Below are positions 40,720-54,797 of a DNA stretch of 64,000 nucleotides, in pieces. Every line of letters begins with the position of its first letter. Position 1 is the first letter of the stretch. The DNA lies in the NCBI GenBank assembly GCA_951406725.2, contig OX597819.1, positions 62,992,001-63,056,000 on the forward strand, in the 5' to 3' direction. The translations under genes and the position numbers were made by a program. The notes below the pieces were generated by a model. The model made no database searches and was not told the origin of the DNA. It worked only from the letters and a program-made list of their open reading frames with translations. Source of the DNA: Octopus vulgaris (lineage: Eukaryota).

Positions 40720-41032
40720 ATGAATGTATAAATGCATGTATTTACGTAAAGACCTCTCCATCGTCGATAGAGGTATGTCTCTCCCTCTCTACCTATCTAT
40801 TTGAATATTAGCGCGTGCAGGTAAAAATATTTTCATGTTGCATAAAATTAATTGATAAATATTTTAAGGCAATCCCTCGACAAAGGCACACGTGTAGTAT
40901 GTGTGTGTGTGTGAAAATATACATGTAAGTAACTACTATGCATATATGTATGCATATATGTATATATACACAAATGTACACATATTTATATACATTTCCA
41001 ATTATTCATACATTTATATCTATGTTCATATA

Positions 41033-41243
41033 TATCTGTAAATTAATGTTACCATTATTCAATAGCCAAGATAAAAGTCTGCGTTTCGGATGCCGAAGTG
41101 GAAATCCACAACACCATCCGAAACTCAGAGTTTTATTTTGGCTATTGAATAATGGTAACATATTAATTTACAGATAAATTCCCTCTATTTACGTAATATT
41201 GAGGTATCTTTCTTTCTTTTGTTATCTTACCGTTTTTACCAAT
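41033..41243. mobile_element. Asymmetric fold-back element (same family as 57568-57734)
   Basis: Arms 41033-41092 and 41115-41176 are reverse complementary; the one-sided extension to 41243 matches 57568-57640 in reverse. Confidence 0.75.
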
Positions 41244-41282
41244 ATGTTCATATATATATATAAATTATATATATTTATATAT

Positions 41283-41335
<53 letters not shown>

Positions 41336-41463
41336 CATACACACATACATTTTAAATATTGCAATGCGATAATATCACTTTCCAGCCAAATATGTGTATA
41401 TATATACTTAGACATATATATGAATCGAATATGTAATGTATGTATGTATGTATGTATGTATGC

Positions 41464-41546
<83 letters not shown>

Positions 41547-41969
41547 TATGTATATATACAATTATCATATGTGAGTCCCTAACTAATTAATTCACTACGT
41601 ACACATTCGAAATCATATACACGTGCATAACTGCAAGAATCATTGCCGCAGTCCCTGTTGTCGCCATAGTGGTTATCATTAAAGTCGTGATGTTATTTCA
41701 GTTGTTGTTGCTGTTGTTGCTGCTGCTGTTGTTGTTTCTTTTGTTATTCTTGATGTCACTGGTGTTGTTGAGATTAGAGACGTAATAGAAGGCACCTAAG
41801 ATCTCCAATGAATATTTGTATTGACACTCGTATCAAAATTATTGATTACATGTCAACTTTGCTTCTTCGCAATAAACATATTTTGTATTTTCTTTCATTT
41901 AATATTATTTTTTGCGATTTCTTAAGACATGTCTGCTTAATTTTTATTGCATTTTTTAACCCACCTGTC

Positions 41970-42040
<71 letters not shown>

Positions 42041-42219
42041 CGCGCGCGTGTATGCATGAGTTTGTGTGTTTGTGTGTATGTATGTGTATTTTCGACTGGA
42101 ATTTCTGTCGTGTGTGTCATGATGTTTATGAGATATTTTGCTCACAATACACCTGCTATTGTTATTTATATTTTGTGTACAGGTTATGTCATCTGACAGG
42201 GAGTATTAATATGATCGTT

Positions 42220-42235
42220 ATTGTTGTTGTTGTTA

Positions 42236-42302
<67 letters not shown>

Positions 42303-42431
42303 CATTATTCCCAATATAACGGAGCAAGTTGCAACTATAATTCATTGTACAATCAAATAATAAATACACATACTTCATTAAGCGTAGCTCTATACATATA
42401 TCAATACATCCATACGTAAATACATACATGA

Positions 42432-42526
<95 letters not shown>

Positions 42527-42555
42527 TGATAATAATAATAATAATAATAATAATG

Positions 42556-42595
<40 letters not shown>
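42220..42595. repeat. (GTT)(ATT)n tract and (AAT)n tract facing each other
   Basis: Seen directly; source of the poly-I/L/Y/N ORFs. Confidence 0.97.
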
Positions 42596-42597
<2 letters not shown>

Positions 42598-43186
42598 TAT
42601 ACATGAATACATATGTGCTTAGACACATACATATGTCTCTTATTATCTGTCAGCGCGTAAACCAGTTATCCTGTGCGTGTTTCTGAGTGTGTGTGTGCGT
42701 GTGCGTATGTGTGTGTGTGTATGTGTGTGCGCGTGTGTATGTGTGTAAGTGTGTGTGTGTCTGTTTTTATTTTTTGAGCACTGTGTTTTTTTTGGAGTCC
42801 TGTGTTTTTGTGTCTCAATCGGAAGAAAAAAAAACAAGAAAATTATGTATTAATATGACTGAGGTATAACGAACCATAATAAAAAAAAATGAAGAGACAT
42901 TTTCTAAAAAATAATAATATTGAAATAATAAAAACAGCATACTTCAAAACTTTTCCATAATGAAAACAACAGTGGCATTTTTCATAAATACGCGCTCGCG
43001 CACACACACTCCTTTCCGCGCACACGCAAACACACACACTCTCATACAGATATACATATGTTGTGCGTGTATGCTTTTGTGTGCGAACATGTCCGTACCC
43101 ATATATATATACATATATACGTACCCGTATATATATACATACACACACGCATACACACGTACATACATATATATATATATATGTAC

Positions 43187-43236
<50 letters not shown>

Positions 43237-43711
43237 AATAAACAATATATCTGATAAGAATCTCAGCACACAATATACGTACATATAAATACAAGCATAT
43301 ACATACATACATGCAAACACTCACGCAGAAACGTAAACATGTGTGTGTGTGTGTGCCCCAGACATCGTGCACGTCTGTGCGATCGTGTGTGGTCCTGAGT
43401 GTATATATTTTTGGGCTGCATTGTTACATTTAATGTTTAAAATATAACTTGTTAGCTGTCAACTTGATATAAATCTGTCTTGTTTGGGGAGGAATTACCC
43501 AATAAGCAACAAGCACCAGCAGGAGTTACTAGTAGTTCAGTCTTCTGCACATTGTACGCAAATTTCCTTATTTGTTTCCCAAAACGTCGGCAATTTTATA
43601 TTCATTTTCTATGTGAATTTTGTGGTTTTATTCGACGCGCTCCTCATGCTACACATTCAAAAATTGGAGAACATTTTTCGCCGGATTAATATACCCCTCT
43701 TTAATTTTTAT

Positions 43712-44017
43712 TTATGCGCCCTTTTCAAGCGTAGCCAGGCTCATAGGCCCAGTTTCCCGGTTTCTATGGCATATGTGTTCCCCCCAGTTGGACGAGACGC
43801 CAGTCCATTGCAGCATTACTCAAGAAACAGGAAGAAAAAGTGAGAGATATTTAGGGCGAAAGAGTACAACAGGAGTGGCCACCACTCCCTGCCGGAGCCT
43901 CGTGGAACTTTAGGTGTTTTGCTCAATAAACACACACAACGTCCGGTTTGGAAATCGAAACCGCGATCCTCCGACCGCGAGGCCGCTGCCCTAGCCACTG
44001 AGCCATTGCACCTCCAC
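43712..44017 (-). mobile_element. tRNA-derived SINE (head type 1, tail type B variant)
   Basis: Minus GTGGAGGTGCAATGGCTCAGTGGCTAGGGCAGCGG...; matches 62155-62460. Confidence 0.88.
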
Positions 44018-44626
44018 ATACCTCTCTACTTAACAGATATTATGTAGGCTATCTAACACAGTTGGGTTAATTTGCTTGAACCTTATTCATATCTTTATGC
44101 ATAATATTATCTTATGCATAAACGTCGTACATATCCCTCTTTACTTCTCAGAAGTGATAATATGTATCTTTGGGTGAGTATATATGAAGTTTAAATTTTA
44201 TAGATTGATGGTTATCAGAAGATAAAGTGATTAATAAAAGAAAATGTAACCTTGAATAATGGCAATACCAATTTCGAAAATAAAATAACCATTTTGAATA
44301 AATAAAACAATTGATGTCGTAATAATAGAGGTATTAATTAATGAAAATGATAGAAAATCACCAATGAAGGTTAAAATAATGTGACCCGCTCTAATGCTAG
44401 CAGCAATTCGAATTGCTTAAGTTAAGAGTTGGACTCTAATGCTTATAATTTCATGGTAAAAAGGGGATTTAAAATGAGGGAGTACCTGAAGGTAAGAGAC
44501 ATACAAGAGATGGATATCTATTGTTATAATAAGATGATGTAATTAATTTGAATCATAAAGGGAAAGAAAGCGAAAAAGATATAGCTAAATGTCTAATAGT
44601 TCTAAAAACATAAGGAATTAAACCTA

Positions 44627-44803
44627 GGAGAGTGGCTATGTAGTACGTAGGTTGCTTACCAACCACATGGTTCCGGGTTCAGTCCCACTGCGTGGCACCT
44701 TGGGCAAGTGTCTTCTACTATAGCCCCGGGCCGACCAAAGCCTTGCGAGTGGATTTGGTAGACGAAAACTGAAAGAAGCCCGTCGTATATATGTTTATAT
44801 ATG

Positions 44804-44838
<35 letters not shown>

Positions 44839-45052
44839 CTGTGTTTGTCCCCCTAGCATTTCTTGGCAACCGATGCTGATGTGTTTATGTCCCTGTCACC
44901 TAGCGGTTCGAGAAAGAGACCAATAGAATAACTACTAGGCTTACAAAGAATAAGTTCCGGGGGCGGGGTCGATTTGCTTGACTAAATGCGATGCTCCAGC
45001 ATGGCCGCAGTCAAATGACTGAAACACGTAAATGAGTAAAAGAGTAAAAGAG
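44627..45052 (+). mobile_element. SINE, head type 2
   Basis: CCACATGGTTCCGGGTTCAGTCCCACTGCGTGGCACCTTGGGCAAGTGTC...ATGGCCGCAGTCAAATGACTGAAAC. Confidence 0.9.
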
Positions 45053-45249
45053 ATTAAGAATAACGATGAAATAATAAAAATAGATATAATTTAATAAATC
45101 AAAAAATAACAACCAAAAAAATATATATCCCTCGTGACTTCTCAGAGATTCAATCTAAATGGTTTCTGCTGTGAATTTCCGTTTCTAGTTTTCTGCTTGC
45201 CTTCCAACAATCTCTGTTTCTTCCTCTTTGATTCTGCTGTGTGTAAATA

Positions 45250-45310
45250 TACTTCGATATTTTTGATAGGTTTTGCCCAGTATTTGCCCAGGCCATGTCT
45301 AACTTAATAG
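45250..45310 (-). mobile_element. Diverged 3'-terminal stub of the CR1 family at 4041
   Basis: TTTGATAGGTTTTGCCCAGTATTTGCCCAGGCCATGTCTAACTTAATAG matches 4060-4108. Confidence 0.85.
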
Positions 45311-45807
45311 ATATATGTGTATATGTGTGTGTGTATGTGAGTATTATAACATTACATACATGCGTATATGTATATGTATAAATGTATATATCAGTACTCG
45401 GAATGAGGGGTAGATAGACAGCTGACAACTAACGAAGGGTCATTCTTTATGTTACTTGTCCTGTTTTCCATTTGTTTCTCTCGTTGTTTGCGTATTGAAC
45501 TCATTGTTCTCGTATTTCATGCTGTTTACTGTTGGTGAGATCCAGTACCCATATATATGAATATATCAATATCTACAAATCTGAAATGCGAAAAGTTTGT
45601 TTGTCTAGTCTTGGCATTGGACCGGGTTAAAGGGCACTAGATCCCGTCGGATTCGCTCTAAAATTTACAGGAACATGTAAACAAAGGCGAGGATGTGAGT
45701 GGGCTAGAAATCCCTATCTCAAAAGCTGTGGTTACTAGGGCAAAAGAAAAACACTTTGACAAGTGTTTGTCGTTTCTCTCTTATAGAAAAAATGTCAATG
45801 ATGTTGA

Positions 45808-45884
<77 letters not shown>

Positions 45885-45917
45885 ATAAACATATATATAT
45901 ATATATATGTTTGTGTG

Positions 45918-46090
45918 TGGGGAGGCGCGTGGCTTAGTGGTTAGGGTGTCAGCACCATGATCGTAAGGTTGTGGTTTCGATTCCTTGCCCGGGTGACGCG
46001 TTGTGTTCTTGAGTAAAACACTTCATTTCACGTTGCTCCAGTCCACTCCGCTGGCAAAAATGAGTAACGCTGCGATGGACTGGCGTCCCT
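45918..46090 (+). mobile_element. tRNA-derived SINE (head type 3), 3'-truncated
   Basis: GGAGGCGCGTGGCTTAGTGGTTAGGG...GGTTTCGATTCC, CORE-like TGTGTTCTTGAGTAAAACACTT, then GCTGCGATGGACTGGCGTCCC. Confidence 0.82.
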
Positions 46091-46597
46091 TATGTATATA
46101 AGCATACATAAATATACATGTATTGGTATCTATTTTTTAAAATAAGATCAGCAATTTCGGAGAGGGGATAAGGCAATTACATCGATCACAGTCGCCAAAT
46201 ACATTTTAATTTATCGCCCCCGAAGGGACGAAACGCAAAGTCAACCTTCTGCAGAATTCGAACTTAGAACGTAAAGATGTCGCTAAGCATAATGCCCGGC
46301 GTGTCAACAATTCTGACATGAAGTAGTATATTGTGTGTTTAATCAAGACACTTTCTAGCAGTTTTGAATTTAGCTTCTGTCTTAAAGAAAACGTACAATA
46401 TTTAGTATATCGCAATGAAGTTGACACCGAACAATTTTATTTTGCTTTAAATTCTCATCATAGATGTTTTGTGAAGCACTTTCATGTACCAGTGCTAAAT
46501 AGCATAAAGTTACTTACGCTCAATACAGAAAATTATAGTTTATTTTCAATTTCTTTCGCGGTTTCTGCACAGAAGCCATTTATTATGTATAATATAT

Positions 46598-46899
46598 ATG
46601 AAAATGACGAAAGATATTTAAGCTTCTACAATCAGTGAATGAGAGAATAAATACAAAACTATAATTTACTAATTGCTGGAAGATTTAAAGTCCGAATAAT
46701 TAATACTAAAATACGTAAAATATAGATAATATAGTTAAATCAATTTATATTACTATGATTAATAGATATTCATTAAATTATGTATTTTAGTATAAATTAT
46801 TGTGACTTTAAATCTTCCAGCAATTAGTAATTTATAGTTTTGAATTTTGTTCTCTTATTCTCCGATCCTAGAAGCTTAACTATCTTTCGTCATTTTCAT
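46598..46899. mobile_element. ~300-bp AT-rich fold-back element
   Basis: ATGAAAATGACGAAAGATA...TTACTAATTGCTGGAAGATTTAAAGTC is mirrored by GACTTTAAATCTTCCAGCAATTAGTAA...TATCTTTCGTCATTTTCAT. Confidence 0.8.
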
Positions 46900-47282
46900 T
46901 AATATAATACATAATTCTATACCTTTATTCTATTTTTGTTATTTACGCAACGTCTTCACGAGTTAAATTTTTTATAAACGCCAAGGCCTAGGATTTACGT
47001 TTAAAATTCAGTTAAAATTTTTTCTTAGATAAGTAATGCGTTTCTTTTATCACAATATTATTGAATATTGAATTGAATTATGTTTGATTATTATTGTAAA
47101 AATATTAATTTCTCTATTGTTATTTGATAATTATAAGTTACGATACATATAGTTATTTACTTATTATTTTATTTTTTTTTTATTGTTATTACCTTGTGAA
47201 TTAACGTATTACATATAGCTTCATTTAATGTATATTATGTTTAATATATATATATATATATATATATTTATTATATAGAAGG

Positions 47283-47333
47283 AGCTTCTACAGGACTAGT
47301 ACTGTTTCATTCAAGAGAAATCTTCAGGAAGCT
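47283..47333 (-). ncRNA. Type I hammerhead ribozyme (copy 2)
   Basis: Reverse complement of 54798-54848. Confidence 0.8.
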
Positions 47334-47740
47334 ATTTAACAAGAATTGTATTAGCATTTATACATTTAGAGGAGTGGTGGTGGGGGACTTTTTGGGGGTA
47401 GGCATAGCGCAAAATATCATACTTGGGGGAGTGGTCAAGGTAATAAAAAAATAAAAAAATAAAAAAATAAAAAAAAAAAATAAAAAGATAAAATAAAAAA
47501 AAAGAATAAAAATAAAAAATATAAAAAATATAAAAAATATAAAAAATATAAAAAATATATATAAAAAAATATATATAAAAACATATATATAAAATATATA
47601 TATAAAAATATATATATAAAAAAAGGGGGGATAGAGTTATAGGTAAATAAGGAGATTCTCACTTATACCTATACACACATGTATACGTATCTACACACAC
47701 ATACGCACATACACATATATCTACACACACATATATATAT

Positions 47741-47777
<37 letters not shown>

Positions 47778-48230
47778 CCTACACATACACACATACATAC
47801 ATACAAACATACATATACATATACATATATATACAATCCAATACAGGCCCATTCCCTAATTTTAATTTTATTATCTTCATTTATTACTTTTGTTATCTTT
47901 GATCGCTAGGGCTAAGAATCCTGGCAATAGCTGCTTGTCCGTTTGTCTGTCTACTAGAAGGCAAGTGCTCATTCCCGCACGCACACTCATTAGCACGTAC
48001 ATTCACCCATTCGTACACTCATACACATACACGTACGCACGCGTTATATTCATACATACAAACATCTACATACGTTCACGTATATACACATACGTACTCG
48101 TACCTACAGATTCGTGTCTACACTTTAGGAGGCTAGTCTATACATATACACCAATAAATATACATATATATATATATATATATACCCGACATATACATAC
48201 ACACACACACATATATACTCCTACATACAG

Positions 48231-48275
<45 letters not shown>

Positions 48276-48485
48276 TATACATATATATACATATATACAC
48301 ATACATACACATACACACATACACATACACACACATACATACACATATATATACATACACAAACATATATACACACACATATATATATACATACACACAT
48401 ACACACGTACATACGTATACATACATACATACATCTATACATCCATACTTACATGCATTTATACGCATACACACACCCATCTATA

Positions 48486-48522
<37 letters not shown>

Positions 48523-48740
48523 TCACACATACATATACAAATCTACGCACACACATACATACATACACGTATACGCATACACGCACATACACATATACAT
48601 GCGTACCCATACACGTGCACACACGCACGCGCATCCATATAAATACACACACGCATATATATATATACACGTGTGCAAGCATACATACATACTCATACGC
48701 GCACACATACTTAATATATGCATACATACACACATGCACT

Positions 48741-48802
<62 letters not shown>

Positions 48803-48867
48803 CATATACATACATAGACATACATACCCATACATACACATACACATACGTACACACACATATACAC

Positions 48868-48900
<33 letters not shown>

Positions 48901-49438
48901 CACATATACGCATACATATATACACATATACATACATATACATACACACACACATACATATATACATATACACTGATACACATACCCATACATACACATG
49001 CATATACTTATATTACTACATACTCACATATATAGACATATATACATATACACACATACACATATATACATGTACATACACATACGCATGCATATATATA
49101 TATATATATATACATATATATACACATATATACATATATATATACATATACATATATACATACATACACACACACACATACATATACACATATACATGTA
49201 TACATACGCAAAAATGATACGCATATATACACATACACACACACAGACAGATGCATATACATACATATATATATATATAAACTACATATCTATATAAATA
49301 CAAACATAATACACATATACACACACATATATATACATTCATGCATATACATATACAAGTATACATACACAAACATACACACACACGCGCACACATACAT
49401 ATACACACACACATATACAAATACATACATACACACAT

Positions 49439-49485
<47 letters not shown>

Positions 49486-49867
49486 CATGTACACATATAC
49501 ATATGTATATATATATCAACAAGGGAGGGTAAAGTTAATTAGTTATTAATCAATTTCATCAAGTGTTCAGTATGTAAAGGGACCATTATTATTTTGAGTA
49601 AACAATGTTAGAGGGAAAAAAATTCTCTAAGTAGTGGAAGAGGCTAAAAAACTTTATTGGCTGCTATTTCTAGAAAGTTTAGTATGTGGCAAAGTAATTT
49701 ATTTTATTTTCCTAAGCCCTAATTATATAATATTTTATACATACATACACATACATAAGCACATACATTTACACATACATATGCATATACATATATACAC
49801 ACATACATACAAACACATATACACATATGCACACACACACACACACACACATACAAGCACATACATA

Positions 49868-49903
<36 letters not shown>

Positions 49904-50180
49904 CATATATATACACAATATATACATATATATATATACATATATACATGCAGATATATATACATATATATTTTTTTACATGCATACATACACACACACA
50001 CACATAATACATGCGTATATTCCTACTGTACCCATGCATTTCTATACATATATACATACATACATACGATACACATATACAAGCGTGCACATATAATATG
50101 TGGAAAGGTCTTAGGAGAAAAGGTAATCGGGGGTGCTAGGGGAACAGTGGGGTTGGGGGGGGGGTTGTAGGGGGTTGTCA

Positions 50181-50623
50181 TCAATCAGGTTGCCGGGTAG
50201 GTCTATAGTTCTTGTAGTTCGCATTCTTCTTATGCATACAGTTTGGGGAGTGTTCTGAAAATTTGTTAAGGAGAGGGCCTTTGGCGAACAAGATCTCTAG
50301 GCTCTCTGATAGCATAGGTCACAGCAGGTATGTCCTCCTGTGTACGAGCGCGCCTTCTGTAGTAGTTTCCACTTGGTCTTGAAGGGGATTGAGTTCCTTT
50401 TAAGGTACCAGATGTGGGCGGCGAGGGTAGTTTGGTTGGATTTATCCTGTCGCCGGAACGAGTGTGTATGTGCATACCAGCGGGTCTTAAAGCTGTTTGA
50501 CGTCATTCCAATGTAGGATTTACTTTTATCGTCAAGGCCTGATCTTACCTCGCATTTATATACTAGGTCCCTCTGTAGGCAGTTGTTGTTGAGGGGGCAG
50601 GTGGTTTTATCATGGCAGTTGCA
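50181..50623 (-). pseudogene. Inverted duplicate of the GIY-YIG endonuclease coding region
   Basis: Reverse complement of 51490-51933 with a 1-bp deletion after CCDLC. Confidence 0.9.
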
Positions 50624-51933
50624 CCATCACCGAGGCCGAGCAAGATGTGATCCTCCACGCACGTAAGACTTTTCTTTTCTATGACGGATCCCACTGGATC
50701 AACAAAAAATCTGTGACCCCCTTCGACGTCAGCATGGGTGCTAACGACTCTGCTGAAATAAGTGACCTAGTGGGCCTTTTCATCCTCCATAGGCTGAAAA
50801 CCCTATTCACAGGCCTCTCCGGTGGTCTTTACCGAGATGACGGCCTTTTCGCCCTCCACAATATAAACCCCAGGACCACGGATGGGTTCCGGAAAAATCT
50901 TCACACCTTCTTTAAAAACTTAGGCCTTAGGATTACCCTAGAATCCAACTTAACTAAGGCTAACTTCCTAGATGTCACCCTCGACTTAAAAACCTCACTT
51001 TATTACCCGTACCACAAACCTAATGAATCCCTTAGATATATAGATATCAATTCCAACCACCCCAGAAATATATTAGATAACCTAGTAAAAAGTGTCTCAA
51101 TTAGAATCTCTAGCCTGTCCGCCACGGAAGATATCTTTAAGGCCGCAGCCCCCTATTACAACGAGGCCCTGGCCCGCAGTGGTTTTAAAGATAAGATTAC
51201 CTACACCTAGTATAGCCCCACGCCAACCCAGGAAAAATAGACGAAGACACATTAGCTGGTATAACCCCCCTTCAACCGTGAGGTCGCTACACCTGTAGCT
51301 AAGATCTTTTTCACTCTCCTACAGAAACACTTCCCCACCCAACATAAGTACTACACTATCCTAAATAAGAACACTATTAGACTCTCCTACTCTACCACGC
51401 CCAACCTAGCCAGGAACTTAGCCAACAACAATGTGAAAAAACTTAACATATCTACTTTCTCCGGGGCCCATCCAACGTCCGATAGCAATTGCAACTGCCA
51501 TGATAAAACCACCTGCCCCCTCAACAACAACTGCCTACAGAGGGACCTAGTATATAAATGCGAGGTAAGATCAGGCCTTGACGATAAAAGTAAATCCTAC
51601 ATTGGAATGACGTCAAACAGCTTTAAGACCCGCTGGTATGCACATACACACTCGTTCCGGCGACAGGATAAATCCAACCAAACTACCCTCGCCGCCCACA
51701 TCTGGTACCTTAAAAGGAACTCAATCCCCTTCAAGACCAAGTGGAAACTACTACAGAAGGCGCGCTCGTACACAGGAGGACATACCTGCTGTGACCTATG
51801 CATATCAGAGAGCCTAGAGATCTTGTTCGCCAAAGGCCCTCTCCTTAACAAATTTTCAGAACACTCCCCAAACTGTATGCATAAGAAGAACGCGAACTAC
51901 AAGAACTATAGACCTACCCGGCAACCTGATTGA
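50624..51933 (+). pseudogene. PLE polyprotein, 5'-truncated: RT (C-terminal part) + linker + GIY-YIG endonuclease
   Basis: RT motifs FDVSMGANDSAEISDL, YRDDGL, NFLDVTL; WYNPP; Cys motif CNCHDKTTCPL...C; LVY...YIGMT...FKTRW..H, then CDLC..E...LLN...C.H; two compensating frame slips at ~51205 and ~51270. Confidence 0.92.
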
Positions 51934-52239
51934 TGACAACCCCCCCTACAACCCCCCCCAACCCCACTGTTCCCCTAGCACCCCCGATTACCTTTTCTCC
52001 TAAGACCTTCCACATATTATATGTGCACGCTTGTATATGTGTATCGTATGTATGTATGTATATATGTATAGAAATGCATGGGTACAGTAGGAATATACGC
52101 ATGTATTATGTGTGTGTGTGTGTATGTATGCATGTAAAAAAAAAAAAAAAAAAAAAAATAAAAAAAAAAAAAATATATATGTATATATATCTGCATGTAT
52201 ATATATATATATATATATGTGTATATATATGTGTGTATA

Positions 52240-52292
<53 letters not shown>

Positions 52293-52659
52293 GCTTGTAT
52301 GTGTGTGTGTGTGTGCATATGTGTATATGTGTTTGTATGTATATGTGTATATATGTATATGCATATGTATGTGTAAATGTATGTGCTTATGTATGTGTAT
52401 GTATGTATAAAATATTATATAATTAGGGCTTAGGAAAATAAAATAAATTACTTTGCCACATACTAAACTTTCTAGAAATAGCAGCCAATAAAGTTTCTTA
52501 GCCTCTTCCACTACTTAGAGAATTTTTTTCCCTCTAACATTGTTTACTCAAAATAATAATGGTCCCTTTACATACTGAACACTTGATGAAATTGATTAAT
52601 AACTAATTAACTTTACCCTCCCTTGTTGATATATATATACATATGTATATGTGTACATG

Positions 52660-52704
<45 letters not shown>

Positions 52705-53242
52705 ATGTGTGTATGTATGTATTTGTATATGTGTGTGTGTATATGTATGTGTGCGCGTGTGTGTGTATGTTTGTGTATGTATACTTGTATATGTATATGC
52801 ATGAATGTATATATATGTGTGTGTATATGTGTATTATGTATGTATTTATATAGATATGTAGTTTATATATATATATGTATGTATATGCATCTGTCTGTGT
52901 GTGTGTATGTGTATATATGCGTATCATTTTTGCGTATGTATACATGTATATGTGTATATGTATGTGTGTGTGTGTGTGTATGTATGTATATATGTATATG
53001 TATATATATGTATATATGTGTATATATATGTATATATATATATATATATATGCATGCGTATGTGTATGTACATGTATATATGTGTATGTGCGTATATGTA
53101 TATATGTCTATATATGTGAGTATGTAGTAATATAAGTATATGCATGTGTATGTATGGGTATGTGTATCAGTGTATATGTATATATGTATGTGTGTGTGTA
53201 TGTATATGTATGTATATGTGTATATATGTATGCGTATATGTG

Positions 53243-53273
<31 letters not shown>

Positions 53274-53344
53274 GTGTATATGTGTGTGTACGTATGTGTA
53301 TGTGTATGTATGGGTATGTATGTCTATGTATGTATATGTATGTG

Positions 53345-53382
<38 letters not shown>

Positions 53383-53845
53383 ATGTATATATATATGTAG
53401 TGCGTGTGTGTATGTATGCATATATTAAGTATGTGTGCGCGTATGAGTATGTATGTATGCTTGCACACGTGTATATATATATATGCGTGTGTGTGTATTT
53501 ATATGGATGCGCGTGCGTGTGTGCACGTGTATGGGTACGCATGTATATGTGTATGTGCGTGTATGCGTATACGTGTATGTATGTATGTGTGTGCGTAGAT
53601 TTGTATATGTATGTGTGAGTGTGTATATATATATATATATATATATACATATATATAGATGGGTGTGTGTATGCGTATAAATGCATGTAAGTATGGATGT
53701 ATAGATGTATGTATGTATGTATACGTATGTACGTGTGTATGTGTGTATGTATATATATATATGTGTGTGTATATATGTTTGTGTATGTATATATATGTGT
53801 ATGTATGTGTGTGTATGTGTATGTGTGTATGTGTATGTATGTGTA

Positions 53846-53903
<58 letters not shown>

Positions 53904-54362
53904 TATGTATCTGTATGTAGGAGTATATATGTGTGTGTGTGTATGTATATGCGGGTATATATATATATATATATATGTATATTTATTGGTGTATATGTAT
54001 AGACTAGCCTCCTAAAGTGTAGACACGAATCTGTAGGTACGAGTACGTATGTGTATATACGTGAACGTATGTAGATGTTTGTATGTATGAATATAACGCG
54101 TGCGTACGTGTATGTGTATGAGTGTACGAATGGGTGAATGTACGTGCTAATGAGTGTGCGTGCGGGAATGAGCACTTGCCTTCTAGTAGACAGACAAACG
54201 GACAAGCAGCTATTGCCAGGATTCTTAGCCCTAGCGATCAAAGATAACAAAAGTAATAAATGAAGATAATAAAATTAAAATTAGGGAATGGGCCTGTATT
54301 GGATTGTATATATATGTATATGTATATGTATGTTTGTATGTATGTATGTGTGTATGTGTAGG

Positions 54363-54419
<57 letters not shown>

Positions 54420-54797
54420 AGATATATGTGTATGTGCGTATGTGTGTGTAGATACGTATACATGTGTGTATAGGTATAAGTGAGAATCTCCTTATTTACC
54501 TATAACTCTATCCCCCCTTTTTTTATATATATATTTTTATATATATATTTTATATATATGTTTTTATATATATTTTTTTATATATATTTTTTATATTTTT
54601 TATATTTTTTATATTTTTTATATTTTTTATTTTTATTCTTTTATTTTATCTTTTTATTTTTTTATTTTTTATTTTTTTATTTTTTTATTACCTTGACCAC
54701 TCCCCCAAGTATGATATTTTGCGCTATGCCTACCCCCAAAAAGTCCCCCACCACCACTCCTCTAAATGTATAAATGCTAATACAATTCTTGTTAAAT

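Noticed and set aside
47890-48642. ORF MLSLIARAKNPGN... present in three copies (6698, 47890, 54250)
   Set aside because: Antisense to the PLE, non-ATG start, runs into microsatellite; recurrence reflects element copies rather than protein conservation
52583-52615. TTGATGA followed by a weak hairpin, as a second hammerhead in the PLE
   Set aside because: No GAAA or stem III follows
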